From: Acidimicrobiia bacterium
GTDB lineage: Bacteria > Actinomycetota > Acidimicrobiia > Spongiisociales > ZC4RG35
DNA length: 64,000 nt
Assembly (NCBI GenBank): GCA_965215185.1
Contig: OZ244034.1
Location: 1,248,001-1,312,000, forward strand
Reading direction: 5' to 3'
Under the pieces are notes generated by a model, which saw only the letters and a list, made by a program, of their open reading frames with translations, searched no databases and had not been told where the DNA came from. Made by a program: the position numbers and the translations under genes. This document shows positions 1 to 9,058 of the stretch, in pieces (position 1 is the stretch's first letter; the number at the start of each line of letters is the position of its first letter).

Positions 1-698
1 AGGGAACCCCGCAGCATCTTGCGACGTTTGCCAAAAGCGCGGGCCGCCAGGTAAATGGCCAAACCGGCGTCGGGGTGGGAGGGCACTCGCTCCAACTCCA
101 CTACCGAGGAGATCACCTCTGGGCGCGGAAAAAACACCTGAGGAGGCAGATCGAAGACCCGCCGTGCCCGGGTATGGAGACCCGCCACCACCGAAGGCAA
201 TCCGTATTCCCGGCTGGAGGGGCCGGCCAGGAGTCGTTGTACCACTTCTTTTTGCAGCATCACCACAAACCGGACCACCGCCGGAACGTTTTGAATCATC
301 TCCATCAACAGTGGGGTGCCCACACCGTAGGGGAGATTGGAAACCATCACCCACCCCTCGCCGTCCAGCGCCTCACTCCAATCGACCTTCATCGCATCCT
401 CCATGCGCATTTCAACCTGCGGGCCATAGGACTCCAAAGTCTCGGCCAAAACGGGCGCCAGGCGATGGTCGATTTCATATGAAACCACCCGGGCGCCGGT
501 TTGGGCCAAAACGGCGGTGAGGTTTCCCACCCCCGCGCCTATTTCCAGCACCGGGTCTCCAGGACCGACCCGGGCGGTCTTCACCACCTTTTTGACCAAG
601 TTGAGATCGATCAGGAAGTGCTGACCCAGCCTCCGTGATGGCGTGATTTCATAACGGGCCAGCAGGGCGGAGAGTCGGGAAGGGGTTATGGCAGTCAA
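1..698 (-). CDS. rsmA: 16S rRNA m6,2A1518/1519 dimethyltransferase (runs off window)
   Basis: Manual translation from TTG at 698: MTAITPSRL...LGQHFLID...VLEIGAG...EID...VSNLPY...VMLQKEV; TTGA overlap with tatD stop; tatD-rsmA synteny. Confidence 0.92.
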   Translation of the reverse strand, partial: MTAITPSRLSALLARYEITPSRRLGQHFLIDLNLVKKVVKTARVGPGDPVLEIGAGVGNLTAVLAQTGARVVSYEIDHRLAPVLAETLESYGPQVEMRMEDAMKVDWSEALDGEGWVMVSNLPYGVGTPLLMEMIQNVPAVVRFVVMLQKEVVQRLLAGPSSREYGLPSVVAGLHTRARRVFDLPPQVFFPRPEVISSVVELERVPSHPDAGLAIYLAARAFGKRRKMLRGS

Positions 699-1516
699 CA
701 GAGTTCGGCCTCCTCCCTCCTGAACATCCGCCGGGCATTGGCACTGGTCGTCGCAGCCACCTGGTGTACATCCATGCTCCACACCCGAGCCAGGGCTTCG
801 CCCACCAGGGAGACCCAGGCCGGTTCGTTGGGTTTTCCCCGATGAGGAGGAGGGGTGAGATAGGGAGTGTCGGTCTCCACCATGGCTCGATTCGGCGGAA
901 CAAGGGCCGCCCCCCTTCTCACCGTGTCGCCGGTGGGAAACGCAACCGGACCGGCGAAGGAAAACAGTACCCCCAATTCCAAGAACCGCCTGGTCCATCG
1001 AGGTCCGCCTGTCCAGCAGTGCATGACCGATGCCGGCCCGGCGCCGGTGGATTCCAACAGACGGTGGATATCCGAAAAGGCGTCACGACAATGCACTACC
1101 AACGGCTTTCCGAGTTCGGTGGCAAGTTCGATCTGAGCTCGGAAGGACTCCAACTGGTGAGACCGGGAAGATAGGTTCCGGTAGAAATCCAGGCCGGTCT
1201 CCCCCACTGCCGCCGCCCCCCGAGCCAACTCGGCGATGCCTTCCCCCTCATCCGGCCAGCGGTCGGCCATGTGAGGATGGAGCCCTGCCGCGGCCAGCAC
1301 CTTACCAGGATGTCCGGCGGCCAACCGGACTGCCGCCCGGGACGACTCCAAATCCACTCCGGGCGCAACCACCCACGTCACCGAAGAGGCCCGCCTCAAC
1401 AACTCGCCCGGAGGTCGCCCATCCAACTGCAGATGGCAATGGGTGTCCACCCATCGAGGGACTGAGGAAACCTCTGACACAGCGGTCCTAACCGTGTACG
1501 GACTGATAGAGGTCAC
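695..1516 (-). CDS. tatD: TatD family hydrolase
   Basis: DTHCH, GLHPH, VGETGLD, HCR, HCW and ETDTPY motifs. Confidence 0.93.
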   Translation of the reverse strand: MTSISPYTVRTAVSEVSSVPRWVDTHCHLQLDGRPPGELLRRASSVTWVVAPGVDLESSRAAVRLAAGHPGKVLAAAGLHPHMADRWPDEGEGIAELARGAAAVGETGLDFYRNLSSRSHQLESFRAQIELATELGKPLVVHCRDAFSDIHRLLESTGAGPASVMHCWTGGPRWTRRFLELGVLFSFAGPVAFPTGDTVRRGAALVPPNRAMVETDTPYLTPPPHRGKPNEPAWVSLVGEALARVWSMDVHQVAATTSANARRMFRREEAELC

Positions 1517-2345
1517 GACGGGGAACGTCGATCAGACGGGACACTTCTCGCACGGCCGCGGAGGTAGGAATTCCTTGTTCGACCAGACGTTTAACCGCAT
1601 CGGCGCCCTTTCCCATCTTCTCGGAGGATGGGATTTGATTACCCTTTTCATCAGCGCCGATCACCAGGGTGAACTCGCCTAGAGGCGGGCGGGCGCGCCA
1701 CTCTTCCTGCGCCCCGCAGACAGTCCCTCTCCAAACTTCCTCATGGAGTTTGGTGACTTCCCGAACAACAGATAAGGGACGTTCCGCCAGACCCGCTTCC
1801 GCCAAGTCGGACAGATCTTCCAGCAGACGGTGGGGAGAGGAGAACAGCACCATCGTCTCAGCGCTCTTGGCCACCGCCCGGATACGCCGGGCGCGCTTGT
1901 CTCCGGAACGAGGCAGGAATCCTTCGAAAGAGAACCGATGAGCAGGAAGGCCCGATACGGCCAGTGCGGCTGTGACCGCGCTGGGTCCGGGAACTATGGT
2001 TACCCGGGCACCCTGCGCATGAGCGGCTCTGACCGCCGACATGCCCGGGTCGGCGATGCCGGGAGTCCCCGCGTCGGTCATGAGCGCCACTGTCTCTCCT
2101 GCGACCAGCCGATCGGTCAGTTCTCTGGTTCGGGACGCCTCGTTACCCACGAAGAACGACCGCAACCCCCGCGGCGCCACACCCAGGGCATTCAACAGCC
2201 GAACAGAACGGCGAGTGTCCTCCGCATACACGCAATCCGCGGTCGCCAGCATTTCAGCCAACCGAGGCGGAGCATCCCCCAAATTGCCAAGCGGCGTGCC
2301 GCACAGGATCAGTACCCCGGCCACAAAGGCACGCCTCCCTTCCAA
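1488..2345 (-). CDS. rsmI: 16S rRNA C1402 2'-O-methyltransferase
   Basis: TPLGNLGD, AEDTR, DAGTPGIADPG, PGPSA, FEGFLPR, REVTKLHEE. Confidence 0.93.
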   Translation of the reverse strand: MEGRRAFVAGVLILCGTPLGNLGDAPPRLAEMLATADCVYAEDTRRSVRLLNALGVAPRGLRSFFVGNEASRTRELTDRLVAGETVALMTDAGTPGIADPGMSAVRAAHAQGARVTIVPGPSAVTAALAVSGLPAHRFSFEGFLPRSGDKRARRIRAVAKSAETMVLFSSPHRLLEDLSDLAEAGLAERPLSVVREVTKLHEEVWRGTVCGAQEEWRARPPLGEFTLVIGADEKGNQIPSSEKMGKGADAVKRLVEQGIPTSAAVREVSRLIDVPRRDLYQSVHG

Positions 2346-2644
2346 GTCAGTTCCCAGCCCGCCCGGAAAGGAACCCGGTCGCCTCGAAATTCAAGCACCG
2401 CGTCCGCGCCTTCGAACACGACCAAGACGCCGGGAGTCCGCCGCCGCACCCCCAACACCCGAAGACCCCTGTCAAGCCCCACCGTCCACAGCCTTCCGAC
2501 GATGAACATACCGTGAACCGAGCGGCCGGGGATCAACACTCCCCAACTGCGGGGCGCCCCGTGGATGCCGACCAAACGCTTACCAAAGGTGTCCGCCAAC
2601 ATTATCGGGCCTGATCTCCACTCTCCATTACACAGTTCCCCCAC
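2309..2644 (-). CDS. DUF192-like small protein
   Basis: ADTFGKRLVG...GVLIP..SVHGMF resembles DUF192; lies in operon directly upstream of rsmI. Confidence 0.5.
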   Translation of the reverse strand: MGELCNGEWRSGPIMLADTFGKRLVGIHGAPRSWGVLIPGRSVHGMFIVGRLWTVGLDRGLRVLGVRRRTPGVLVVFEGADAVLEFRGDRVPFRAGWELTWKGGVPLWPGY

Positions 2645-2647
2645 CGG

Positions 2648-4021
2648 TCAGGGAAGATAAGGGGCGGTCACCAATGGACACACCTGCGGATCGGAACAAG
2701 CCACCATCACCAATCCCTCCGGGATAGGAGTTACCAATACGTAGTCCTCCCCACCGGCGACAAAGCCCAACTCTCCGTCGGGTTGGAGCGGACCCACATC
2801 CATCCCCGCCACCGCGTATTCCCGGAGCAACAACGCCATCTCCTTGGCTTCCTCTGGATCGTCGCCTGCATACTCCCAAATGAATACCACCTCCCCCTCG
2901 ATGTCAAATCCCACCAGACTGCGCCCCCCGCCCCATCCGGTGGCGGCGTCGACCGCGACCTCAGGGCCGAGGACCTGCTCGAACATGAGCAGGATGTCCA
3001 AAAAGCCCCACGTGTAGTCATAGATCTCCTCGTACCCCTCCGGAAGCACGCCCGATGGCCTATCCATCTCGATCGGCTGGGTGTAGGGCGAGGCGGCTCC
3101 CTGATAGATCTCTTCGGTGGAGGCGGGCGGATCGAGATATAGATCATTCACCGCCTGCCATCCTCCCTCCCTCCACCTGTTCAGCACGTACTCGAAACCT
3201 TGCTCATAGGGAAAGTAGAGAGCTTTTTCCATGAAGAGCGGAATCTCAATATCGGGCAACTCGACATCCGCGAACTCCGCGAAAAGGCGATCTCTTTCCG
3301 AAGCGGTAAGGCTCTCAACGTAGAGAACCTCAGCAAGAGTGGCGTCTCCCTCCACCAGAGACACCAGACTGGAGCCTGGATCGAAGAGTTGACTCTCCAC
3401 CAAGTCATCCAATCTGGGGCCGAATTCGAAGTGCTGGTCGGTGAGGGCGTGCACCAACTCGTGCAGTAACGTCAAGGTTTCCAACGCGGAGAACTGCTCA
3501 CCGGACCTGGGCAGTACCATCTCTTGATCCTCGCTGGAGTAGAACCCCGCCACGCTCTCGCTGTACAGCTCCTCATAAAGGGCAGCCAAGTCGGCATCGG
3601 GTTCCAGCAAGCCCAACAGCTTGTACAGCGCCTCATCAACCTCGATGTCCTCAAGATCAGAGGCAACCTCACTTTTGACCCGCTCGGCGAATTCCTCCGG
3701 CGAGAGCACCACGATCGAAGGAAGTCCGTCGAATTCCAGCCCCCTGATGGTGGCAGTGGTCTCCGCCGTCTTCCAGATCTGTGCGGATAGTTCGGCCCCA
3801 AGACCCTCGATCAGAGGAACATCGACATCGGTCGGCACCGAGGCAGTTGTGGTGGTGGAGGCAGCCGTCGTAGTGGTGGTCGGCGCAGCAGTGGTGGTCG
3901 GCGCAGCGGTCGTGGTGGTGGACTCGACTGTGGACACGGTGCTCGAAGCCACATCGGAACCCCCGCCGCAGGCGGCCATCAGCACAGCGACCATTAACAA
4001 TGTCAAAACCCTTCGCATCAA
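2648..4021 (-). CDS. lipoprotein with Thr-rich linker and zincin-like HEXXH domain
   Basis: Lipobox LMAAC, TTTAAP repeats, LLHELVHALTDQHF...LVEGDA, FPYEQG, PPASTEEI. Confidence 0.75.
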   Translation of the reverse strand: MMRRVLTLLMVAVLMAACGGGSDVASSTVSTVESTTTTAAPTTTAAPTTTTTAASTTTTASVPTDVDVPLIEGLGAELSAQIWKTAETTATIRGLEFDGLPSIVVLSPEEFAERVKSEVASDLEDIEVDEALYKLLGLLEPDADLAALYEELYSESVAGFYSSEDQEMVLPRSGEQFSALETLTLLHELVHALTDQHFEFGPRLDDLVESQLFDPGSSLVSLVEGDATLAEVLYVESLTASERDRLFAEFADVELPDIEIPLFMEKALYFPYEQGFEYVLNRWREGGWQAVNDLYLDPPASTEEIYQGAASPYTQPIEMDRPSGVLPEGYEEIYDYTWGFLDILLMFEQVLGPEVAVDAATGWGGGRSLVGFDIEGEVVFIWEYAGDDPEEAKEMALLLREYAVAGMDVGPLQPDGELGFVAGGEDYVLVTPIPEGLVMVACSDPQVCPLVTAPYLP

Positions 4022-4036
4022 AAGAGCTACGGTCAG

Positions 4037-4147
4037 TCAGCTTGGAGAAGTCGGCACAGGTCTTATCAGTGGCATCACTAGGAAGGCAACCACCGCATAG
4101 GAGACCAGCGCCGCGCCTAGCAATACCGCTGCATCCAGCAATCTCAT
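4037..4147 (-). CDS. putative 36-aa single-TM small protein
   Basis: MRLLDAAVLLGAALVSYAVVAFLVMPLIRPVPTSPS*; co-oriented between two paralogous lipoproteins; below the ORF-track cutoff. Confidence 0.35.
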   Translation of the reverse strand: MRLLDAAVLLGAALVSYAVVAFLVMPLIRPVPTSPS

Positions 4148-4212
4148 GATCAAAAGCCTATCTGGAATGGCGTCTTATCTAAGCCGAGAAGAGCCGAGTC
4201 GACGGGCAAGCA

Positions 4213-5565
4213 TCAACCCGTCAGGGACGCAAGAATCCTGCGGCCGACCTCCACATCGGAGGCGGCGATGAAAGTCAACACCTCCCCTTCCCCGCTCAGC
4301 CACGCGTAGTCATCGGCGTAATACTCAAACCCGGTTTCTCCCCGGCGTGACGTCCCGGCGTTCATGGCGACCTCAATGTACTCTTGCAGGGCGGCCCGCA
4401 TCTCTTCGGTGTCCTCCACAGTGTCCCCTATGTAATCAACCACCAAGGCGATCTCCACTCCGTTGCTGAATACCAGATAGCGATCTCCTCCCCACCCCCA
4501 AGAGGCAGAAGAAGACTTCCCCGAGTCCAGCGCCGAGGCCAACAGAGCATTCCATCCCCATTGTCCCCACACGGAATCCGCTACTTCCCGGTACCCCTCG
4601 GGCACCGAAACCCGCGGTTTGGGAAGTAAGACAGGGTCCAATCGACCCACACCGCTGGCCAGAATGTCCTCGGTGGAGATGGGCGGGTCCCGATGGGTGT
4701 CGTTGACCAAATCCCAGCCTTCCAACTGGTAGAGCCTCTGGAGATAGTCAAGAGCCGCATTGGATGGAAAACTCATGCTGTGCTCCACGAAGGGAGGGGA
4801 CCGCGGACCATCGGCGGCAAGTTCCCATACCTGTTCGACAACCTGTTTCTTGGCCAGATCGGTCAAGCCCTCCAAAAAGAGCAACTCCACCAGGGTGGAG
4901 TCCGCCTCCGCGATCCCTCTCAATGCGGTAAGAGCGTCACTATCGCCTGTGCGAGCCAACCGATCCTGCCTGCGCCAAATATCAAATTTGTGGTCCACCA
5001 GCGCTTTGGAGATCTCTCCCACCAGGGTCATCTCTTCGAGGGGGGTAGGTTCCACCAAAGTTGAGACTAACCAAAGCTTCTGGCTGGGCACGTCGTACAG
5101 ACCTGGGGTGGGTCGGGTCCGCAGCCCTACCAACAGGCTCTCCCAGTCACTTTCGGGGTCGATCAAGCCCAACAACCGGAACAGTGGCTCATCCACCTCA
5201 GAGAGGCTCGGATCATCCTCGACCCGGGAGCGAAGCCGCCTTTCCAGTTCTTGTGAGGTGATCGCCTCAATCTCCAGCGGGTCCGCAAAAGACAGGCCCC
5301 GCAACAACTGGACCTCTACTACCAATTCCACCAGCCTTTCCCGAAAAGACTCCGGCACAAAGAGCAAGTCCTCAACAGGTGGAGGCGTCGTAGTGGTTGC
5401 TGCGGCAGTGGTGGACGTCGCACCAGAAGGAGTGGCACTCACCTCAGTTGTCACCTCCACCATCACCGTGGAGGCAGGAGAAAGAGACTCGTCATCGGCG
5501 CAGGAAGAGAGCAACAAAGTCAGGCCCGCCACCACCAACCATCCCACACGAGTGCCTTTTGTCAC
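4213..5565 (-). CDS. lipoprotein paralog of 2648-4021 with degenerate zinc motif
   Basis: Lipobox LSSC, Thr-rich linker; LVGEISKALVD aligns to LLHELVHALTD, IAEADS to LVEGDA, PPISTEDI to PPASTEEI. Confidence 0.75.
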   Translation of the reverse strand: MTKGTRVGWLVVAGLTLLLSSCADDESLSPASTVMVEVTTEVSATPSGATSTTAAATTTTPPPVEDLLFVPESFRERLVELVVEVQLLRGLSFADPLEIEAITSQELERRLRSRVEDDPSLSEVDEPLFRLLGLIDPESDWESLLVGLRTRPTPGLYDVPSQKLWLVSTLVEPTPLEEMTLVGEISKALVDHKFDIWRRQDRLARTGDSDALTALRGIAEADSTLVELLFLEGLTDLAKKQVVEQVWELAADGPRSPPFVEHSMSFPSNAALDYLQRLYQLEGWDLVNDTHRDPPISTEDILASGVGRLDPVLLPKPRVSVPEGYREVADSVWGQWGWNALLASALDSGKSSSASWGWGGDRYLVFSNGVEIALVVDYIGDTVEDTEEMRAALQEYIEVAMNAGTSRRGETGFEYYADDYAWLSGEGEVLTFIAASDVEVGRRILASLTG

Positions 5566-5727
5566 TTCTCGGAGGCTACCTTGTTCAAGTTGTTTTCCAG
5601 GTCACCGTGAGGCAAACGCATCCCTACTTTCCCCTCCCACCCCGACCCCACCCGTGGCTATGGTGGTCTCATTTTGCCCGGCAACCGGCTAGTCTTATGA
5701 CCCGATCAGCCACAACCTGACATACCC

Positions 5728-5816
5728 GGAGGGATCGCATAGTCCGGTCTAGTGCGCGGCACTCGAAATGCCGTAGAGGGTTACCCCTCTCGTGGGTTCG
5801 AATCCCACTCCCTCCG
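5728..5816 (+). tRNA. tRNA-Ser(CGA)
   Basis: GGAGGGA/TCCCTCC acceptor stem, CGGCA-CTCGAAA-TGCCG anticodon arm, long variable arm, GGTTCGAATCC, G discriminator. Confidence 0.95.
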
Positions 5817-5844
5817 CTTAGTAGACCACCCTCGGGGTACCCAT

Positions 5845-5929
5845 GGAGGGATGACCGAGTGGCCTAAGGTGACAGTCTTGAAAACTGTTGGGCATCCGTG
5901 CCTCGTGGGTTCGAATCCCACTCCCTCCG
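5845..5929 (+). tRNA. tRNA-Ser(TGA)
   Basis: GGAGGGA/TCCCTCC acceptor stem, ACAGT-CTTGAAA-ACTGT anticodon arm, long variable arm, T-loop. Confidence 0.95.
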
Positions 5930-5934
5930 CTATA

Positions 5935-6155
5935 AGGACCTTGCGACTTATATTAAATTACCTTGCCATTTAGTTGCTGACAGGCCGGTTTTTCGGGTTT
6001 TACCTTGGTTTTGGGGGGTTTTGCCCGTTTCGGGTGGTGTTGTGGTCTAGCGGAGGGCCATCTGGCGGGGGTCGGTTAGGTGTTTTTGGTTTTTCGGGCG
6101 CGCTGAAGCCGACAGCGGGGGTGGTTGCTGTCGGTCCTGGTTTCCCCGGGGTGTG
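5935..6155. repeat. ~220-bp non-coding mobile-element end, copy A (downstream of DDE transposase)
   Basis: AGGACCTTGCGACTTAT...CCCGGGGTGTG is highly similar to 15392-15611. Confidence 0.9.
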
Positions 6156-7030
6156 CTAGGTGGGTGGCCCTCGGGTTGTCGGCCCGTTGCGTGAAGAGGC
6201 GCTGGGTGGTGTGGCCGTGATTGCTGGCGGTGGTGGTTGTTGGCCGTTGCTTTCGGTGGGTTGTTGCCGGTGTTGATGTCTCTTGGCTTGGCGCAGGTTG
6301 TGAGCGGCTAGCAGTGCGAGAAGTCCCAGGTTGTGGGCGGCGAGGCCGAATGCTCGGCACCATCCGCCTTTGAGGCCGTTCTTGTCTTTGACGATGCCGT
6401 TGAGGTTCTCGATTTGTGTGCGCCGGTTGTAGCTTTTCTTCCATGCGGGTGTGCCGTAGGGGATCTGTTGGTAGGTGTCCAGTTTTTCTACGGGGATGGT
6501 GACTGTCCCCCGGCAGCAGTATTCGGCGTCGATGGCGCCGACATAGGGTATGTCGGGGTTGGGCTTGGGTTTGGTCCGTTGGTGGCGGTATCTCCAGGTC
6601 TTTGCGCTGGTCATGACCCTTCCGTCGCATTGGGGGCAGCGGAATCGGATGGCCCCGTTCTTGAGTTTGGCGATGGGTGTCCATCGGTATTTGGCCCGGT
6701 CAACATGCCACTGTTCCAGGTGCTTTCCGGTGAGGTCTTGGGGCGGGATGTGCCACTTTTCGGCGAGCCATTCCGGGAAGAAGGTTCCGCAGTTGATTCG
6801 TAGTGTCTGCTTTTTGCCCTCGGGGCCTACCTCCACGAGATGCATGGTCTTTTTCTGGTTCTTGTTGTAGTCCATGACGATGTTGATGCCCAGCCGGTGG
6901 AGGGGTCGGACGAAGTCTTTTCCGTAGATGGTGTACCCGCGGTCGGCCATTACTTCTTTGAGGTTGGGAAAGAGTTCCAAGGTGGCGAGGATGGCGTTAA
7001 GTCGGTGACGGGTGTGTTACCCAAGGGGTG
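6156..7030 (-). pseudogene. DDE transposase, C-terminal part (5'-truncated)
   Basis: VMADRGY, RCPQC, WKKSYNRRTQIENLNGIVK and AAHNL resemble an IS4/IS5/IS1182-like C-terminus; no N-terminal half. Confidence 0.75.
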
Positions 7031-7207
7031 GTTTAGTCTTGTTCCGGCACCGCTCTCGTCTACGGAGAGAGGCTTTGCCGTCAAAATATCGGGAGGTCTG
7101 GTGCTCCCCCTCCGCGAGAAGATATTCGCCCTTCCCGGAAAGACGCGAAGCCACAACCCCGACAGGGGATGCGTCACGAACGAGCGTTTAGGGCGGCAGC
7201 GTCCCGC

Positions 7208-8353
7208 CTAGTCCCAGGTTTCGCCCCACGGAAGATACACATTGGGTGGTTGGTGTGCCGGAGGTAATTTCCACCCGTGGGGCGGCACGCCGCCCGGATA
7301 CAGCCACTCCTTGGTGGATAGCCTTACGCGCATCCGATCTATTATTCGACCCATAATTGCTACCCTGCCCTCCAATTGGTTTGTGACAACAAACGCGGGT
7401 TTTCCATTGTTGGCTTCCATATACACGAAGCGAACTACTAGGTCGGCGATGGTGGCTGTGTAGACGCCGTAGATTGTTGTTCCGATGGCCACATCTACCA
7501 TTTGGTGGGTGAGTGAGGCCACATCAGAGGCGACCCATCCCAACTTCTCGGTGGTCTCGGGAGTGGTAGACAGACGCAAGGCATCCTCGTAAGTGCTGAC
7601 ATTCCGCCACTTCGATATCCACCACATGGCCTCTTCGTCCAAGGGGGGACCCATGTTCAACATGACATTTTGTAGTTCGTCGGGAAGTTGTTCAAAGATT
7701 TTTGTCAGCTTGTGTTGGCGGTCCTTATGGTAAGGCTGTCCGGTCAGACAACATAGCGCTAACAGGGACTCCTCGACCGCCACGTGCCAATCATGGTTTA
7801 AGTCCGCCAGTCGCGACCGCACTGCTCGCCAGTATTCATCTGCGTCCTGAGTTGCGATCATTTGATGCTCCCAATCGCCCGGCGCTAGTCGGCCGCCCGC
7901 GCTAACAATACGCGCTTCAACGTTGCTCAAATGGTGATATAGAGTATCCGTAGTTTCCTGCCGAATGTCTTTCATCTTCCCCCATTCCACAGAAGGTCCG
8001 GGAGAATGTCTACATAACCAAATGCCGTGTGCGTCGGCTGCGTGTTCCACCCTGGGAGGCACCCTCCGGCGGGATTCCCACTCCGGCCAGTCGATCACCA
8101 CTATGTTCGCCCGCTCGTCTACTTCGTAGGCCATGTTTTCCAGGTGATCCAGATACATCAACAGTTGCCTCTGGTCGTCTCTGTCTATGTGGTCGAGGAT
8201 GATGAGAAGGTCGATGTCCGACCGGGAAGTGGCCTTGTTCTTGGCGACGCTACCGAACAGCAGCACGCTACCCGGCAAGACATCAGCCACCCTTCGGGCA
8301 TCCCCCACAGTGGGAACCGACGTGGTACTGGTCGCAGTCATAAGGCGGATCAT
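7208..8353 (-). CDS. nucleotidyltransferase (MNT) - HEPN-like fusion protein
   Basis: LFGSVA...SDIDLLII pol-beta NTase motif, then a helical domain HVAVEESLLAL...QHKLTKIF typical of HEPN. Confidence 0.7.
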   Translation of the reverse strand: MIRLMTATSTTSVPTVGDARRVADVLPGSVLLFGSVAKNKATSRSDIDLLIILDHIDRDDQRQLLMYLDHLENMAYEVDERANIVVIDWPEWESRRRVPPRVEHAADAHGIWLCRHSPGPSVEWGKMKDIRQETTDTLYHHLSNVEARIVSAGGRLAPGDWEHQMIATQDADEYWRAVRSRLADLNHDWHVAVEESLLALCCLTGQPYHKDRQHKLTKIFEQLPDELQNVMLNMGPPLDEEAMWWISKWRNVSTYEDALRLSTTPETTEKLGWVASDVASLTHQMVDVAIGTTIYGVYTATIADLVVRFVYMEANNGKPAFVVTNQLEGRVAIMGRIIDRMRVRLSTKEWLYPGGVPPHGWKLPPAHQPPNVYLPWGETWD

Positions 8354-9058
8354 AAGGGAGCCCTATCTTCTCGACCAAAGACAATTTCCCCGAGGCGGGC
8401 AAGTAGACCGAGTATCCCTTGACCCCATCGAGGGGCGCGAGTTAGCAGTTTTTAAAGGAACTTACCCGCATGACGGGTCATTGGCTGCGTTCCAGATCCC
8501 GCCTAAAGCGTGGCAGAGTTTCTCGTTCTCGACTCTCGTTCGGATAGTAGAGAGGTCCCCCGAGTCGCCTATGCATAGACTCCAAACAGATACGGCCACC
8601 AGGCCTATCGCGAACGTAAACAAGATGCGGGTTGGAGAGGATGGTCGGGTGTGGTCACCGCTAGACACCCTTGCGGCCATCACTACTTTTGTTGCCTTTT
8701 CGCCTCTCCGGCGAGGAGGACGGAGGCCATTACGTAGGCCGGTTCGTCCACATCCGCGATGCGCCCGTACCAATCCGGAACCTCCCCTTCGGGACGGAGT
8801 TCATATCTCCTCTCCCGCCATTCCTCGACCAGGTCCGCGTTTGAGCACATTGCCAGCAACGCGCCCACTTGTGATCGGAGGGCATCGGCGGTGCTGGTAT
8901 CTACTCCCGAGGCGTCCACCGTCTTGTCGAAGGAAGCAAGGGCAGATATCCATCGTCTCGCTATCCGGTTTATCTCCGGGTTCCTGTCAGCGGCTAAACC
9001 GTATAGCTAAGAATCGGTTGGTTTGGCGGGATGTCGGCTACCACTGCTGACCTGCACC

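Noticed and set aside
5845-5929. tRNA with TGA as selenocysteine or suppressor tRNA
   Set aside because: Anticodon TGA reads UCA (Ser); tRNA-Sec has anticodon TCA and a longer acceptor stem
8460-9010. Possible small genes between MNT-HEPN and the SLH-PD40 gene
   Set aside because: Stop-interrupted protein-like frame with no clear start or recognisable family
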